A stretch of 64,000 bases of DNA from Rhodothermales bacterium (GTDB taxonomy: Bacteria; Bacteroidota; Rhodothermia; Rhodothermales; JANQRZ01), in assembly GCA_965215145.1 (NCBI GenBank), contig OZ244038.1:1546966-1610965 (forward strand). The letters are read 5' to 3'. The position numbers were made by a program, and so were the translations under genes. Below, one piece after another: positions 49,622 through 58,167 of the stretch. Every line of letters begins with the position of its first letter. The stretch's first letter is position 1. The notes under the pieces are model-generated. The model saw only the letters and a program-made list of their open reading frames with translations. It made no database searches and had not been told where the DNA came from.

Positions 49622-51673
49622 TTATTCGGAGGAGCCGTCGGCGTCGTCGGTCACCATCGCCGCCTCGTCCTCCACCGCCTCGCCCTCGAACGCGAACCGG
49701 AGCCGCTCGGGGTAGAGCGCGACGCGGGCCTCGTCGCGGAGGCGCCCGACGAACCGCTCCTCCAGCACCCCCTGGTAGTCCGCCGCCGCCTGCGCGCGGG
49801 CCTCCTCGAACGTCATCGGCCGCGCCGCCTCGACGCCGTCGAGGTAGAGGAGCACCTGCTCGGAGCGGTACCGCTCCGGCTCGGTCCGCCCGCCCGCTTC
49901 GAGCGCGAGCGCGGCGTCGAAGACGGAGTCCGACGGGCCGGTGATGCGCATCGTGTCGACGCGGACGGTCAGCGGCGCCTCGCGGATCATCTCGTCGATC
50001 TCCGCTCCGGAACGACCCACGTCAAGCGCGGCGCCGATCTCCTGGAGGAGGGAGTCGCTGCGGCTGTAGAAGGCGACGACGCGGCGGCGCTCCGGGAAGG
50101 CGTAACGCGCGCGGTTGGCCTCGTAGTAATTCTCCAGGGCGACGGAGTCCCGCGAGGCGGCGCTCCAGACGGAGTCCTCGGAGACGCGGAAGAGCAGCAC
50201 GCCGTCGGCGTAGTCCTCCATGATCCTCCGGAACTCGGGGTCGCGGTCCTCGAGCTCCAGCGCCGCCATCTCGACGGCGGCCTCGTTGACGTGGGCGTTG
50301 AGGAGATCGAAGAGCCGCGCCTCCTGGTCCCCGCCGGCGGGGGCGCGGTTGGCGCGGAGCCGCGCCACCACGGGCGCCAGCGCGAGCGCCGAGTCGCCGA
50401 CGGTGGCGAAGGTCGCCTCGTCGTACTCCCCGAAGCCCTCGGCGGCGACGCGGGCGAGGAGGGAGTCGGCGGGGTACGGGGCGACGGCCTGGCGGACGAG
50501 GGCGGTGTCGAGCGTCGAGCCGGCCTCGGCGCGGTACGCCCGCCCGATGGCCTGCAGGCGCTCCGTGGTCCGCGGGAGCCGCTCGGCCTGCCGCTTGATC
50601 TCCTCGTACTGCTCCTCGTAGCTCGCCACCGGCTTCCGCTCCTCGAGCTGGATGAGGTGGAGGCCGAACCGGGAGCGGACGATGCCGCTGCGCTCGCCGG
50701 GCTCCTCGAGGGCGTAGGCGGCGTCGGCGAACGGCTTCACCATCCGGTCCCGGGCGAAGAACCCGAGGTCGCCTCCGCGCTCGGCGCTGCCGGGGTCGTC
50801 GGAGTACTGGCGGGCGAGGGTGGCGAAGTCCTCGCCGGCGTCGAGCCGCTGCTGGAGCTGCTCGGCGAGGGCGTAGGCCTCGACGGAGTCGGCCTCGGCG
50901 GCGTCGGGGCGGAGGGAGAGGAGGATGTGGGAGGCGCGGATCTCGGGGCTGGCCGGGCGGCGCCCCGTGACCTTCAGGACGTGGTACCCGAACCGCGTGC
51001 GGAACACGTCCGAGACCTCGCCGACGGGGGTGTCGTAGGCGCGGTCCTCGAAGGCGAGGATCATCCGGCCCCCGACGAAGAACCCGAGGTCGCCGCGGTT
51101 CTGCGCGGCCGAGGGGTCCTCGGAGTGGCGAAGGGCGGCCTCCGCGAAGTCGAGCTGGCCGGCGACGATGGAGTCGCGGATGGCCTGGAGGCGCTGGTAC
51201 GCGGCGAGGGTGTCCGCCGGCGCGGCGCCCTCGTCGATGCGGAGCAGGATGTGGGAGGCGGCGATCTCCTCCCGCTGCTTCTCGTAGATGTCGCGGACGA
51301 CGTCCTCGAGCACCTCGCGCTCCAGGAAGTACGGCTTGGCGAGCTGGGTGCGGTAGTCGCGGATCTCCTTGCGGAGCGCGGAGTCACGGTCGAGGCCGAG
51401 GCGGCGGGCCTCCATCACCTTGAGCCGGAAGTCGACGTAGCGGGTGAGGAAGTCCTCGTAGGCGCCGATGGAGTCGTCGGCGGCCTCGCCCCGGTCGCCG
51501 GAGGCGCGGGCGTAGCGGTCCTCGAACTCGCCCAGCGTGAGCGTCTGCCCGGCGAACTCGGCGACGACGAGGGCGTCGGGGTCGGCGGGCACCTCGGCGC
51601 CGGTGGTCGGGGCGCTGCCGGAGCAGCCGGCGAAGAGGGCGCCGAGGGCGGTCAGTAGGAGAATGCGGGGCAT
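49622..51673 (-). CDS. Peptidyl-prolyl cis-trans isomerase lipoprotein (two parvulin domains)
   Basis: ASHILL twice, SEDP/SDDP...GDLGFF twice, RFGYH/RFGLH. Confidence 0.92.
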   Translation of the reverse strand: MPRILLLTALGALFAGCSGSAPTTGAEVPADPDALVVAEFAGQTLTLGEFEDRYARASGDRGEAADDSIGAYEDFLTRYVDFRLKVMEARRLGLDRDSALRKEIRDYRTQLAKPYFLEREVLEDVVRDIYEKQREEIAASHILLRIDEGAAPADTLAAYQRLQAIRDSIVAGQLDFAEAALRHSEDPSAAQNRGDLGFFVGGRMILAFEDRAYDTPVGEVSDVFRTRFGYHVLKVTGRRPASPEIRASHILLSLRPDAAEADSVEAYALAEQLQQRLDAGEDFATLARQYSDDPGSAERGGDLGFFARDRMVKPFADAAYALEEPGERSGIVRSRFGLHLIQLEERKPVASYEEQYEEIKRQAERLPRTTERLQAIGRAYRAEAGSTLDTALVRQAVAPYPADSLLARVAAEGFGEYDEATFATVGDSALALAPVVARLRANRAPAGGDQEARLFDLLNAHVNEAAVEMAALELEDRDPEFRRIMEDYADGVLLFRVSEDSVWSAASRDSVALENYYEANRARYAFPERRRVVAFYSRSDSLLQEIGAALDVGRSGAEIDEMIREAPLTVRVDTMRITGPSDSVFDAALALEAGGRTEPERYRSEQVLLYLDGVEAARPMTFEEARAQAAADYQGVLEERFVGRLRDEARVALYPERLRFAFEGEAVEDEAAMVTDDADGSSE

Positions 51674-51880
51674 CAAGCGCGCAGGGGTCTGCGGAAGGGG
51701 GGAGTCTGGTCGCGCGAAGTTAGTCGCTGCCCGGCCGGGCCCCCCGCGGCGGCGAGTAAAACCCCGTCGAAATCGGCGGAGGATCGGAGGGGCGTTGCCG
51801 TCTCCGCTCGCCGGAGCAACTTTTGCCTAGGTGCCGTGTCCTGAAGGAGATCCCCCGCGCTCCCCGCTCCCGCGTCGCCC

Positions 51881-52495
51881 ATGCCCCCGGACGAGAAGGC
51901 CCTCATCGAAGCGTTCCGCGCGGGCGACGAGTTCGCCTTCGTCACCCTCTACAACCGCCACAAGGGCGCCGTCTACGCCTTCGCCGCGAAGATGCTCGTG
52001 GACCGGGCGGCGGCGGAGGACGTGCTGCAGGAGACGTTCGTCCGGGTATACGAGAACCGCGAGCGGCTCGACCGCCCGGGCTCGTTCAAGGCGTGGCTGT
52101 TCACGATCGCGCGCAACCAGTGCCTCAACCACCTCCGCAAGCACCGCCGCGAGGTGGCCTTCGAGGTCGAGCCCGTCGCTGCGGAGACGCCGCTCTCGCG
52201 GCTCGCCAAGAGCGAGCAGGTCGCCCTCGTCAACGGCGTCCTCGAGGGCCTGAAGCCGGAGTACCGCGAGGTCCTCGTGCTGCGGGAGTACCAGGGGCTC
52301 TCCTACGACGAGATCGCCGCGGTGACGCGGAACACGGTCTCGTCGGTGAAGAGCCGGCTGTTCAAGGCGCGCCGGAAGCTCGGCGCCCACCTCCGCCCGC
52401 TCCTAGACCCCGAGGGGGCGCCCTCCGAGAGAGCGCTCTCCGAGGGGGCGTCGGACGCCGCGCCGGCCTCGGCGCCACGCGCAACCCCGCGCTGA
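51881..52495 (+). CDS. ECF RNA polymerase sigma factor
   Basis: AEDVLQETF, FKAWLFTIARN and LSYDEIA...VKSRLFKAR. Confidence 0.94.
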   Translation: MPPDEKALIEAFRAGDEFAFVTLYNRHKGAVYAFAAKMLVDRAAAEDVLQETFVRVYENRERLDRPGSFKAWLFTIARNQCLNHLRKHRREVAFEVEPVAAETPLSRLAKSEQVALVNGVLEGLKPEYREVLVLREYQGLSYDEIAAVTRNTVSSVKSRLFKARRKLGAHLRPLLDPEGAPSERALSEGASDAAPASAPRATPR

Positions 52496-52542
52496 CCCGC
52501 ACCGTCTCCCCACCGGCCCCCGCTCCCCCAGCCTCGAAGACC

Positions 52543-53013
52543 ATGAGCCCCCACGCTGAGGAACTCCTGAACCTGTACGTCGACGGCGAGCTCGCGCTCG
52601 ACCGCCAGGGCGAGCTGTTCGCCCACCTCGCCGAGGACCGCGCGGCGCGCGTGCAGTTCAACGCGCTGATGGCGTTCCGGCTGGCCTCGCGGCAGGAGGC
52701 GCTCCCCGTCCCGCCCGCCGCCGACGCCGCGCTGATGGCGCGGATCGACGAGGTCCGCCGGAACCGGCCGCCCGCCGCGGCGCTGGCCGAGGACCGCCGG
52801 CCCTTTCGCCCGCTCCGCCGGCGGGTGAAGCTGGGGACGGCGCTGGCCGTCGGCGGCGTGCTCGTCGCGCTCTCGGCGCTCGTCGGCCCGCGCGGCCCGG
52901 CCCCCGAGGTCGTGCCCGCGGCCGGGGAGGTCGTCCCCGTGGAGACGGACGGCGGCCCGGTCTACGTCATGCTCCCCGGCGTGACCGTCGAGGACGAGGA
53001 CCTCCGGCAGTAG
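52543..53013 (+). CDS. Putative transmembrane anti-sigma factor
   Basis: LLNLYVDGEL...LFAHLAED zf-HC2-like N-terminus without the Cys residues, one TM. Follows the ECF sigma. Confidence 0.75.
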   Translation: MSPHAEELLNLYVDGELALDRQGELFAHLAEDRAARVQFNALMAFRLASRQEALPVPPAADAALMARIDEVRRNRPPAAALAEDRRPFRPLRRRVKLGTALAVGGVLVALSALVGPRGPAPEVVPAAGEVVPVETDGGPVYVMLPGVTVEDEDLRQ

Positions 53014-53026
53014 AGGGCATCCTGGC

Positions 53027-53055
53027 GTAGGGGCGGGTCTCAGACCCGCCCCTAC
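53027..53055. repeat. GTAG-type REP palindrome
   Basis: gtaggggcgggtctcagacccgcccctac. Confidence 0.88.
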
Positions 53056-53059
53056 TGCG

Positions 53060-55195
53060 TCACCGAACGAGCGTGATCCGCTGTGTCGCCGTAGCGCTCC
53101 CGGCCTCGAGACGGACGACGTAGGCCCCGCTCGGCAGCCCGGTCGCATCGAGCCGGAGCGAGTGGTAGCCGGCTTCCAGTCGTCCCTCGCTTACCCGTAC
53201 CACCTCGCGGCCGAGCACGTCGTAGACGGCGAGGCGAATCTCCGCGGCGTCTGGGAGCGCCACGCTCAGCGTCGTCGAGGTGGCGAGGGGGTTCGGGTGC
53301 GCCGTCAGCGAGAGGGCCTCTGGCAACGCGGTGCCCCCGCGGAGAGCGGCCCCGTCCTCACCTCCCTCGTCCGACGCGCTGGCCGGCGTCCCTGGGCCCC
53401 CGTTGCAGATCTCCCCAGGGGGGCACGGGGGCGGGAGCGCCGGGAGGCTCGTAATGACCATCATGTCGGTCCTCTCCGCCCACGGCCCGCACCATACGGT
53501 GACGCGGAGGCGGATATGGGAGTTGCTCATCGTGAGGCGGCACGTCGAGCCCTCGTCGCAGGTGTCGGGTGCCACGCTGCTCGGCGTCGCGTCGCCAGTG
53601 GGGAGATAGGTCTTCTCCCAATGGTAGCCGGTGGGGCTGGGGCAGAAGTTGGCGGCGACGCCGTAGGTGCCCTTCTGGCCCTCGCGGAGCTGGATCGGCC
53701 CGTAGATGGCGAGGGCCGGCGGGGGGGGCGGCGGCGAACCAGCCTCGTAGCCGAGGTGCTCCAGAAGTGGCTCCACGATCTCCGGCGGGACCTCATCGTG
53801 GAAATATGGGTCCTCCGGGACAAGGGTGGTATCGAACCGGCTTGCTCCGTTCACGATGTCGAGCGCGCTGGCGTAGGGAATGAAGGTGGGGTGCTTCTTC
53901 CGATCCGCTTCAACTGTGACATCGAGGGGCAGCGTCCACTTGTTGCCGAAGAAGATAAATGGGTTGAACCCAACGGCCTGGGACTGCCCGATCTCGGAGG
54001 TCTCGACTGGAAGGAGCGAGCCGGGCTGCGCCTCGGGTGAGCCAGGCTCGATGTCGAACCGGGCGTCGGGCCAGGCCGTGATCTGGAGGTGGAGCCATTC
54101 CTCGCCCACATCAGCATTCGGCGCGGCGGTCCCGAACGTTATCCCGACATTGTCCGTGAGGTGGGGGTACCCGTCGCCATTGAGCGCGTTGAGGTCGTTA
54201 AAGAACGCCTCGTGCATGCCCGAACGGTCGTAGCGGTTATAGACGAGGAGCTGCTGCCCGGCCGGGCTGGCGAGGTTGGGAGGCGAACGGAAATCCTCGT
54301 CATCGAGGCCGAGGTCCGTCTCGTAGATCCAATCGATGAGGCCGGCGTCGAGGACGGCCCCCTGGTGCGGCGCGTCGATCGAGACGAAGTGATCGACCTC
54401 GTGAGGTACTCCATCCTCCTCCATCTCCGCGAGGGCGTAGCGCACGGCGACCCCGCCCATACTGACCCCCGCCACGTCGAGCTTCTCGCTCCCGGACTTG
54501 ATCCCGTTGACGTACCGAATGACCTCCCGGACTACCTGAGCGTTCTGGCGGATGTCTCGGCCGCCGTTAGCGAAGTTGAGGATGAGCACGTCGGCGCCAC
54601 GCTCACGGCCGGACCCGAAGAGCTGCGCGCCGAGGGCGTAATAGTGCTGGGGGGAGTTCACGTTGTCGCCGTCGATCCCCTCGACGACGAGGAAGGGCCG
54701 GTCGAGCCCCGAGTAACCCGGCGCGCCTTGCCAAAGAAGCATCCAGTTTCCCGCGCCATCGGTAAAAGCGCGCTGCGCCTCGGGAACAATAACGAGCTGG
54801 AAGGTGCGGTAGATAATGGTACCGCTCAGGAGGGTGTAGCTGAGTTGGACCTCGTACTGGCCTACTGCAGTGGGCCGGCCAGCCCAGAGCACCGGCTCCC
54901 GCGTGTTAGGTCCTAGTCGCAGGATCGTCTCCCAGGATGAATCATCGAGGTCGGGGGGGCACTCGTCGGTGTCGCCGAGGCATACGTCCATGCGGATGTA
55001 GCGGTGGCCTCCCGCATGAAACCATAGGTCCTGGTTGGCGCGGATGGCGATGGGGTCCGTGTAGAGCTCGTTCCTCCAGGCGGCGGCGTAGTAGTTCGAG
55101 TCGAGAATGTCGGGGTCCTCATACCAGCCGTGCTGAGCGGTAGCAGGGGGAGTGAGGAGTACGGCGGCGAGGCCGCAGAGGTAAAGCAGGCGCAT
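53060..55195 (-). CDS. Secreted alpha/beta-hydrolase (PGAP1/DUF676 lipase-like) with T9SS-type C-terminal sorting domain
   Basis: Signal peptide, PFLVVEGID, GVSMGG, SIDAPHQGA, and C-terminus HPNP...VYDVLGREV...LPSGAYVVRL. Confidence 0.82.
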   Translation of the reverse strand: MRLLYLCGLAAVLLTPPATAQHGWYEDPDILDSNYYAAAWRNELYTDPIAIRANQDLWFHAGGHRYIRMDVCLGDTDECPPDLDDSSWETILRLGPNTREPVLWAGRPTAVGQYEVQLSYTLLSGTIIYRTFQLVIVPEAQRAFTDGAGNWMLLWQGAPGYSGLDRPFLVVEGIDGDNVNSPQHYYALGAQLFGSGRERGADVLILNFANGGRDIRQNAQVVREVIRYVNGIKSGSEKLDVAGVSMGGVAVRYALAEMEEDGVPHEVDHFVSIDAPHQGAVLDAGLIDWIYETDLGLDDEDFRSPPNLASPAGQQLLVYNRYDRSGMHEAFFNDLNALNGDGYPHLTDNVGITFGTAAPNADVGEEWLHLQITAWPDARFDIEPGSPEAQPGSLLPVETSEIGQSQAVGFNPFIFFGNKWTLPLDVTVEADRKKHPTFIPYASALDIVNGASRFDTTLVPEDPYFHDEVPPEIVEPLLEHLGYEAGSPPPPPPALAIYGPIQLREGQKGTYGVAANFCPSPTGYHWEKTYLPTGDATPSSVAPDTCDEGSTCRLTMSNSHIRLRVTVWCGPWAERTDMMVITSLPALPPPCPPGEICNGGPGTPASASDEGGEDGAALRGGTALPEALSLTAHPNPLATSTTLSVALPDAAEIRLAVYDVLGREVVRVSEGRLEAGYHSLRLDATGLPSGAYVVRLEAGSATATQRITLVR

Positions 55196-55296
55196 AGTGA
55201 AGATGGCTGTGGTAAATGAAAGGGGTGGTGGAGGGTGTTGCGCTCAGCGCCGGACGTGCGTATCCTGGCGTAGTCGCAGCCTACGCCAGGAATCTC

Positions 55297-55689
55297 ATGA
55301 AGTCAAGCCTGTTAGCTTCCATTTCCGTTCTCCTTTTCCTCTTCTTCACCCTGAGCGGGTGCGAGCTCTTTGAGGGCGAGGAGGACACCGCTGGTGTCGT
55401 CTCGGGGCGCGTCGTCTCGACGGAGACGGGCGCGCCCATCGAGGGGCTCGGCGTCGTGCTCCGCCAAGGCTCTTCGGGGTTCGGCGTCTACCCCACCGTG
55501 GCGGCCGTGCAGACGGGGGCTGACGGCGTCTTCCGCATCAAGTACGATGTCGACACCGGTGACTTTCCCCTTTCCCTGACTATTAACGACGAGCCTTACG
55601 ATAGGCATTACGCGGTGTCTCGGGATTACCTTGACTCTGGTGAGGATCTCCATCTCGGCACCGTTGAGCTCCCCGTGAACGAGCGATGA
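55297..55689 (+). CDS. Lipoprotein cassette 1 (carboxypeptidase-regulatory-like beta sandwich)
   Basis: FTLSGC lipobox; GRVV..ETG.PI.G...TGADG.F; ends LGTVELPVNER. Confidence 0.8.
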   Translation: MKSSLLASISVLLFLFFTLSGCELFEGEEDTAGVVSGRVVSTETGAPIEGLGVVLRQGSSGFGVYPTVAAVQTGADGVFRIKYDVDTGDFPLSLTINDEPYDRHYAVSRDYLDSGEDLHLGTVELPVNER

Positions 55690-56001
55690 CCCGCCGCCCG
55701 GCCTCGCTGACTCTAGCCTCCCTTTTCCTCTTCTTCACCCTGAGCGGGTGCGAGCTCTTCGAAGAGGACGAGGGCGGCTCCTTCGTCGTCCGGTTACCGC
55801 GTTGTGGAATCCACAGTGACCGGTTCGGACGGCGCCTTCGAGCTCAGGCACTCCGAGCGCGACCGGCTCCCCGGCTACCGACTCGTCGTCAACGATGATC
55901 TCGAAAACCCAGACTACATATCGTCTAGGGAGACGGTGTACCCCTCGGCGGGCGAGACGGTAAACCTAGGCACGATCGAGCTTCGCTTGACCGAGCGATG
56001 A
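55686..56001 (+). pseudogene. Lipoprotein cassette 2, internal deletion with frameshift
   Basis: N-terminus (FTLSGCELF) and C-terminus (TGSDGAF...LGTIELRLTER) lie in different frames. The GRVV...ETG segment is missing. Confidence 0.78.
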
Positions 56002-56372
56002 GGTCTCGCCTTCTGGCCCTCGCTCTCCTCTTCACCCTGAGCGGGTGCGGCCTCTTCGGGGAGGACGACCTCGGGGTCGTCGTGACGGGCCGCGTCGTCC
56101 TGGCCGAGACGGGCGAGCCAATCGCAGACCTCGGCGTTGCTCTCATTCAGGGCTCAGCGGGCTTCGGGGTTTACTTCACTGTAGCGACGGCACGAACGGG
56201 CTCGGACGGTGGCTTCCGTGTGGAGTACAATGCGGAATCCAGCGACGCCGGCCTCGCACTCACTGTCAATGACGAGCCCTATAATAGCCGGTACACACTG
56301 ATCAGGGAGTACCTCCGACCGGGTGAAGATCTCCACCTCGGCACGGTCGTGCTCTGCCTGAACGAATCATGA
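55998..56372 (+). CDS. Lipoprotein cassette 3
   Basis: FTLSGC; close paralogue of cassette 1 (QGSxGFGVY, NDEPY, GEDLHLGTV). Confidence 0.82.
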   Translation: MRSRLLALALLFTLSGCGLFGEDDLGVVVTGRVVLAETGEPIADLGVALIQGSAGFGVYFTVATARTGSDGGFRVEYNAESSDAGLALTVNDEPYNSRYTLIREYLRPGEDLHLGTVVLCLNES

Positions 56373-56651
56373 GACCCCACCTCCCGGCCCTCGCTCTCCT
56401 CTTCCTCTTCTTCACCCTGAGCGGGTGCGAGCTCTTCGAGGAGGACGACCGCGAGGTCGTCATGGCCGGCCGCGTCGTCCTGGCCGAGACGGGCGAGCCG
56501 ATCTCCGGCCTCGGCATCTCGCTTCGGCGAGGGACGGCTGGGTAACGACGCTCCTTACAACGACCGGTACACGACGGCCGGTCAAACGAGCATCCTCGCT
56601 GGAGAGGAGGTCGGCATGGGCACCGTCGAGCTCCGCCTGAACGGGCGGTAA
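56369..56651 (+). pseudogene. Lipoprotein cassette 4, truncated
   Basis: MRPHLP...FTLSGCELF...GRVVLAETGEPISG stops at TAA 56543-56545. The conserved tail MGTVELRLNGR* is in another frame. Confidence 0.75.
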
Positions 56652-56689
56652 CGCGCGGCTCGCTCGCGCAGGGGGGAGATACTAAAACG

Positions 56690-56727
56690 CGCGCCGCCGC
56701 TCGGCCGGAGCCGAGCGGCGGCGTGCT
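56690..56727. terminator. Strong hairpin after the lipoprotein array
   Basis: cgccgccgctcggc-cgga-gccgagcggcggcg. Confidence 0.65.
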
Positions 56728-56840
56728 TCCCTTCACCATGAAGCGGGGCTTCCCTAAGGCCCCTCTGGATGCTCGTAGAACGGGACGAGCGGCCCGTTTA
56801 GCGTGCGCGGCGCGGTCTGCGACGTGCGGAAGCGAGTGCC

Positions 56841-57605
56841 CTAGGCGGCCGTGCGCGAGGCGTGGAGGTGGCCGCGGAGCTGGCCGAGCAGCTTCGAGAG
56901 GATCTGCGAGATCCGCGCCTCCGTCAGCCCGAGCTCCCCGGCGATCTCGCGGAGCGTGTAGTTCTCGAAGTAGTAGAGGTGGACGATCCGCTGCTCGCGC
57001 GGGGGGAACCGCTTGACGAGCTTGGCGACGTAGTCGTAGAGCGAGAGCCGCTCGAACCGCTCGTGGTCCTCGTCGGGCGTGGGGTGCGAGAGCATCTCGA
57101 TGGCGGCGCCGCCGCGGCCGTCCTCGCGGTCGGGCTTGGCGTGGAGCGAGAGGGTGAACCGGCGCTGGGCGTCGGAGAGCAGGCCGTGGTAGTCGGCGAC
57201 GCTGAGGCCGAGGGCCTCGGCGACCTCGGCGGCGTGGGGCTCAGCCCCGAGCTCCTGCTGGAGCCCGTCGGCGACGGCCTGTGCCTCGGCCACCTTCCGC
57301 CGGCGGTCCCGGCTCAGCAGGTCGATCGTGCGGAGGAAGTCGATGAAGGCGCCGCGGATGCGGGCATAGGCGAAGGAGGCGAAGCTCGTCCCGCGCTCGG
57401 GGTTGTAGGAGTCGAGCGCCTGGAGCATCCCGAGCATCCCCGCGTTCTCGAGGTCCTCGCGCGTGGCGAGCGGGTGGTCCGGCAGCGAGATCTTCCGCGA
57501 CATCGAGCGGACGAGCGGGAGGGCCGCCACCGCGACGTCGCGGCGGTTGCGGGGGGTGGGGTCGGCGCAGTAGCGCTTGGCGGCGGGCTGGAGCTCGTAG
57601 GCCAT
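56841..57605 (-). CDS. fliA: FliA/WhiG-family (sigma-28) RNA polymerase sigma factor
   Basis: DLENAGMLG, FASFAYARIRGAFIDFLR.D, LYYFE..TLREIA..LGLTEARISQI. Confidence 0.88.
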   Translation of the reverse strand: MAYELQPAAKRYCADPTPRNRRDVAVAALPLVRSMSRKISLPDHPLATREDLENAGMLGMLQALDSYNPERGTSFASFAYARIRGAFIDFLRTIDLLSRDRRRKVAEAQAVADGLQQELGAEPHAAEVAEALGLSVADYHGLLSDAQRRFTLSLHAKPDREDGRGGAAIEMLSHPTPDEDHERFERLSLYDYVAKLVKRFPPREQRIVHLYYFENYTLREIAGELGLTEARISQILSKLLGQLRGHLHASRTAA

Positions 57606-57648
57606 CGGGGTGGGGGTGGAGGCGCTGCGGAGGATGAAGGGGGGAGGG

Positions 57649-57861
57649 TCAGGCGTTCGCGGCGCGCTCGGACGCCCAGGCGACGCCCTCGGCGTCGAGG
57701 CGGTCGGCGCGGAGCCGGTCCACGAAGAGGCAGGCGGCGCTCACCGTCGCGGCGGCGAGGACGGCGGCCCCGAACGCCCCCGGCAGCCCGAGCGCGGCGA
57801 AGCGCGGGAGCAGGAAGAGGGCGCCGGCGAGGAGGGCGAGGAGGAGCGGCCAGTGGTGCAT
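57649..57861 (-). CDS. Small two-TM hypothetical protein upstream of the fliA-like gene
   Basis: 70 aa, two hydrophobic segments, same strand as fliA. Confidence 0.5.
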   Translation of the reverse strand: MHHWPLLLALLAGALFLLPRFAALGLPGAFGAAVLAAATVSAACLFVDRLRADRLDAEGVAWASERAANA

Positions 57862-58167
57862 CGGGGGGAGCGGTTGCGGGTGCGCTCTTCCCCTTCGTCA
57901 AAGCCGTGCCAAGACCCGAGACTCAGACCGCGACGGGCGTCCCCCTCTGAGACGCCGCCAGCCGAGTCACCCTCAAAAACGCTTAAACGGCGCCGATTTG
58001 CACGCCGGCCCCGTTCCAATCCCATGCGCTGAAACAAAAACCGCTATAGGAAACCCCGGCGGAAAGACGTGCAGGCTCCCGCCCCGGCCGTCGGAATACT
58101 TCCGCCCGGCGGTACGGATCGTAACCCCGCCCGAACCGGAACGCCCCCGGACTTAAGCCGGCACGGC

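Noticed and set aside
46025-51673. Three PPIases plus MoxR as a novel chaperone system
   Set aside because: This arrangement is a familiar conserved operon in Bacteroidota-related genomes.
55297-56651. Lipoprotein array as integron cassettes, a CRISPR array or a DGR target
   Set aside because: The genes overlap by ATGA, leaving no room for attC sites. The repeats are coding and 300-400 bp apart. No integrase, cas or reverse transcriptase gene is in the window.
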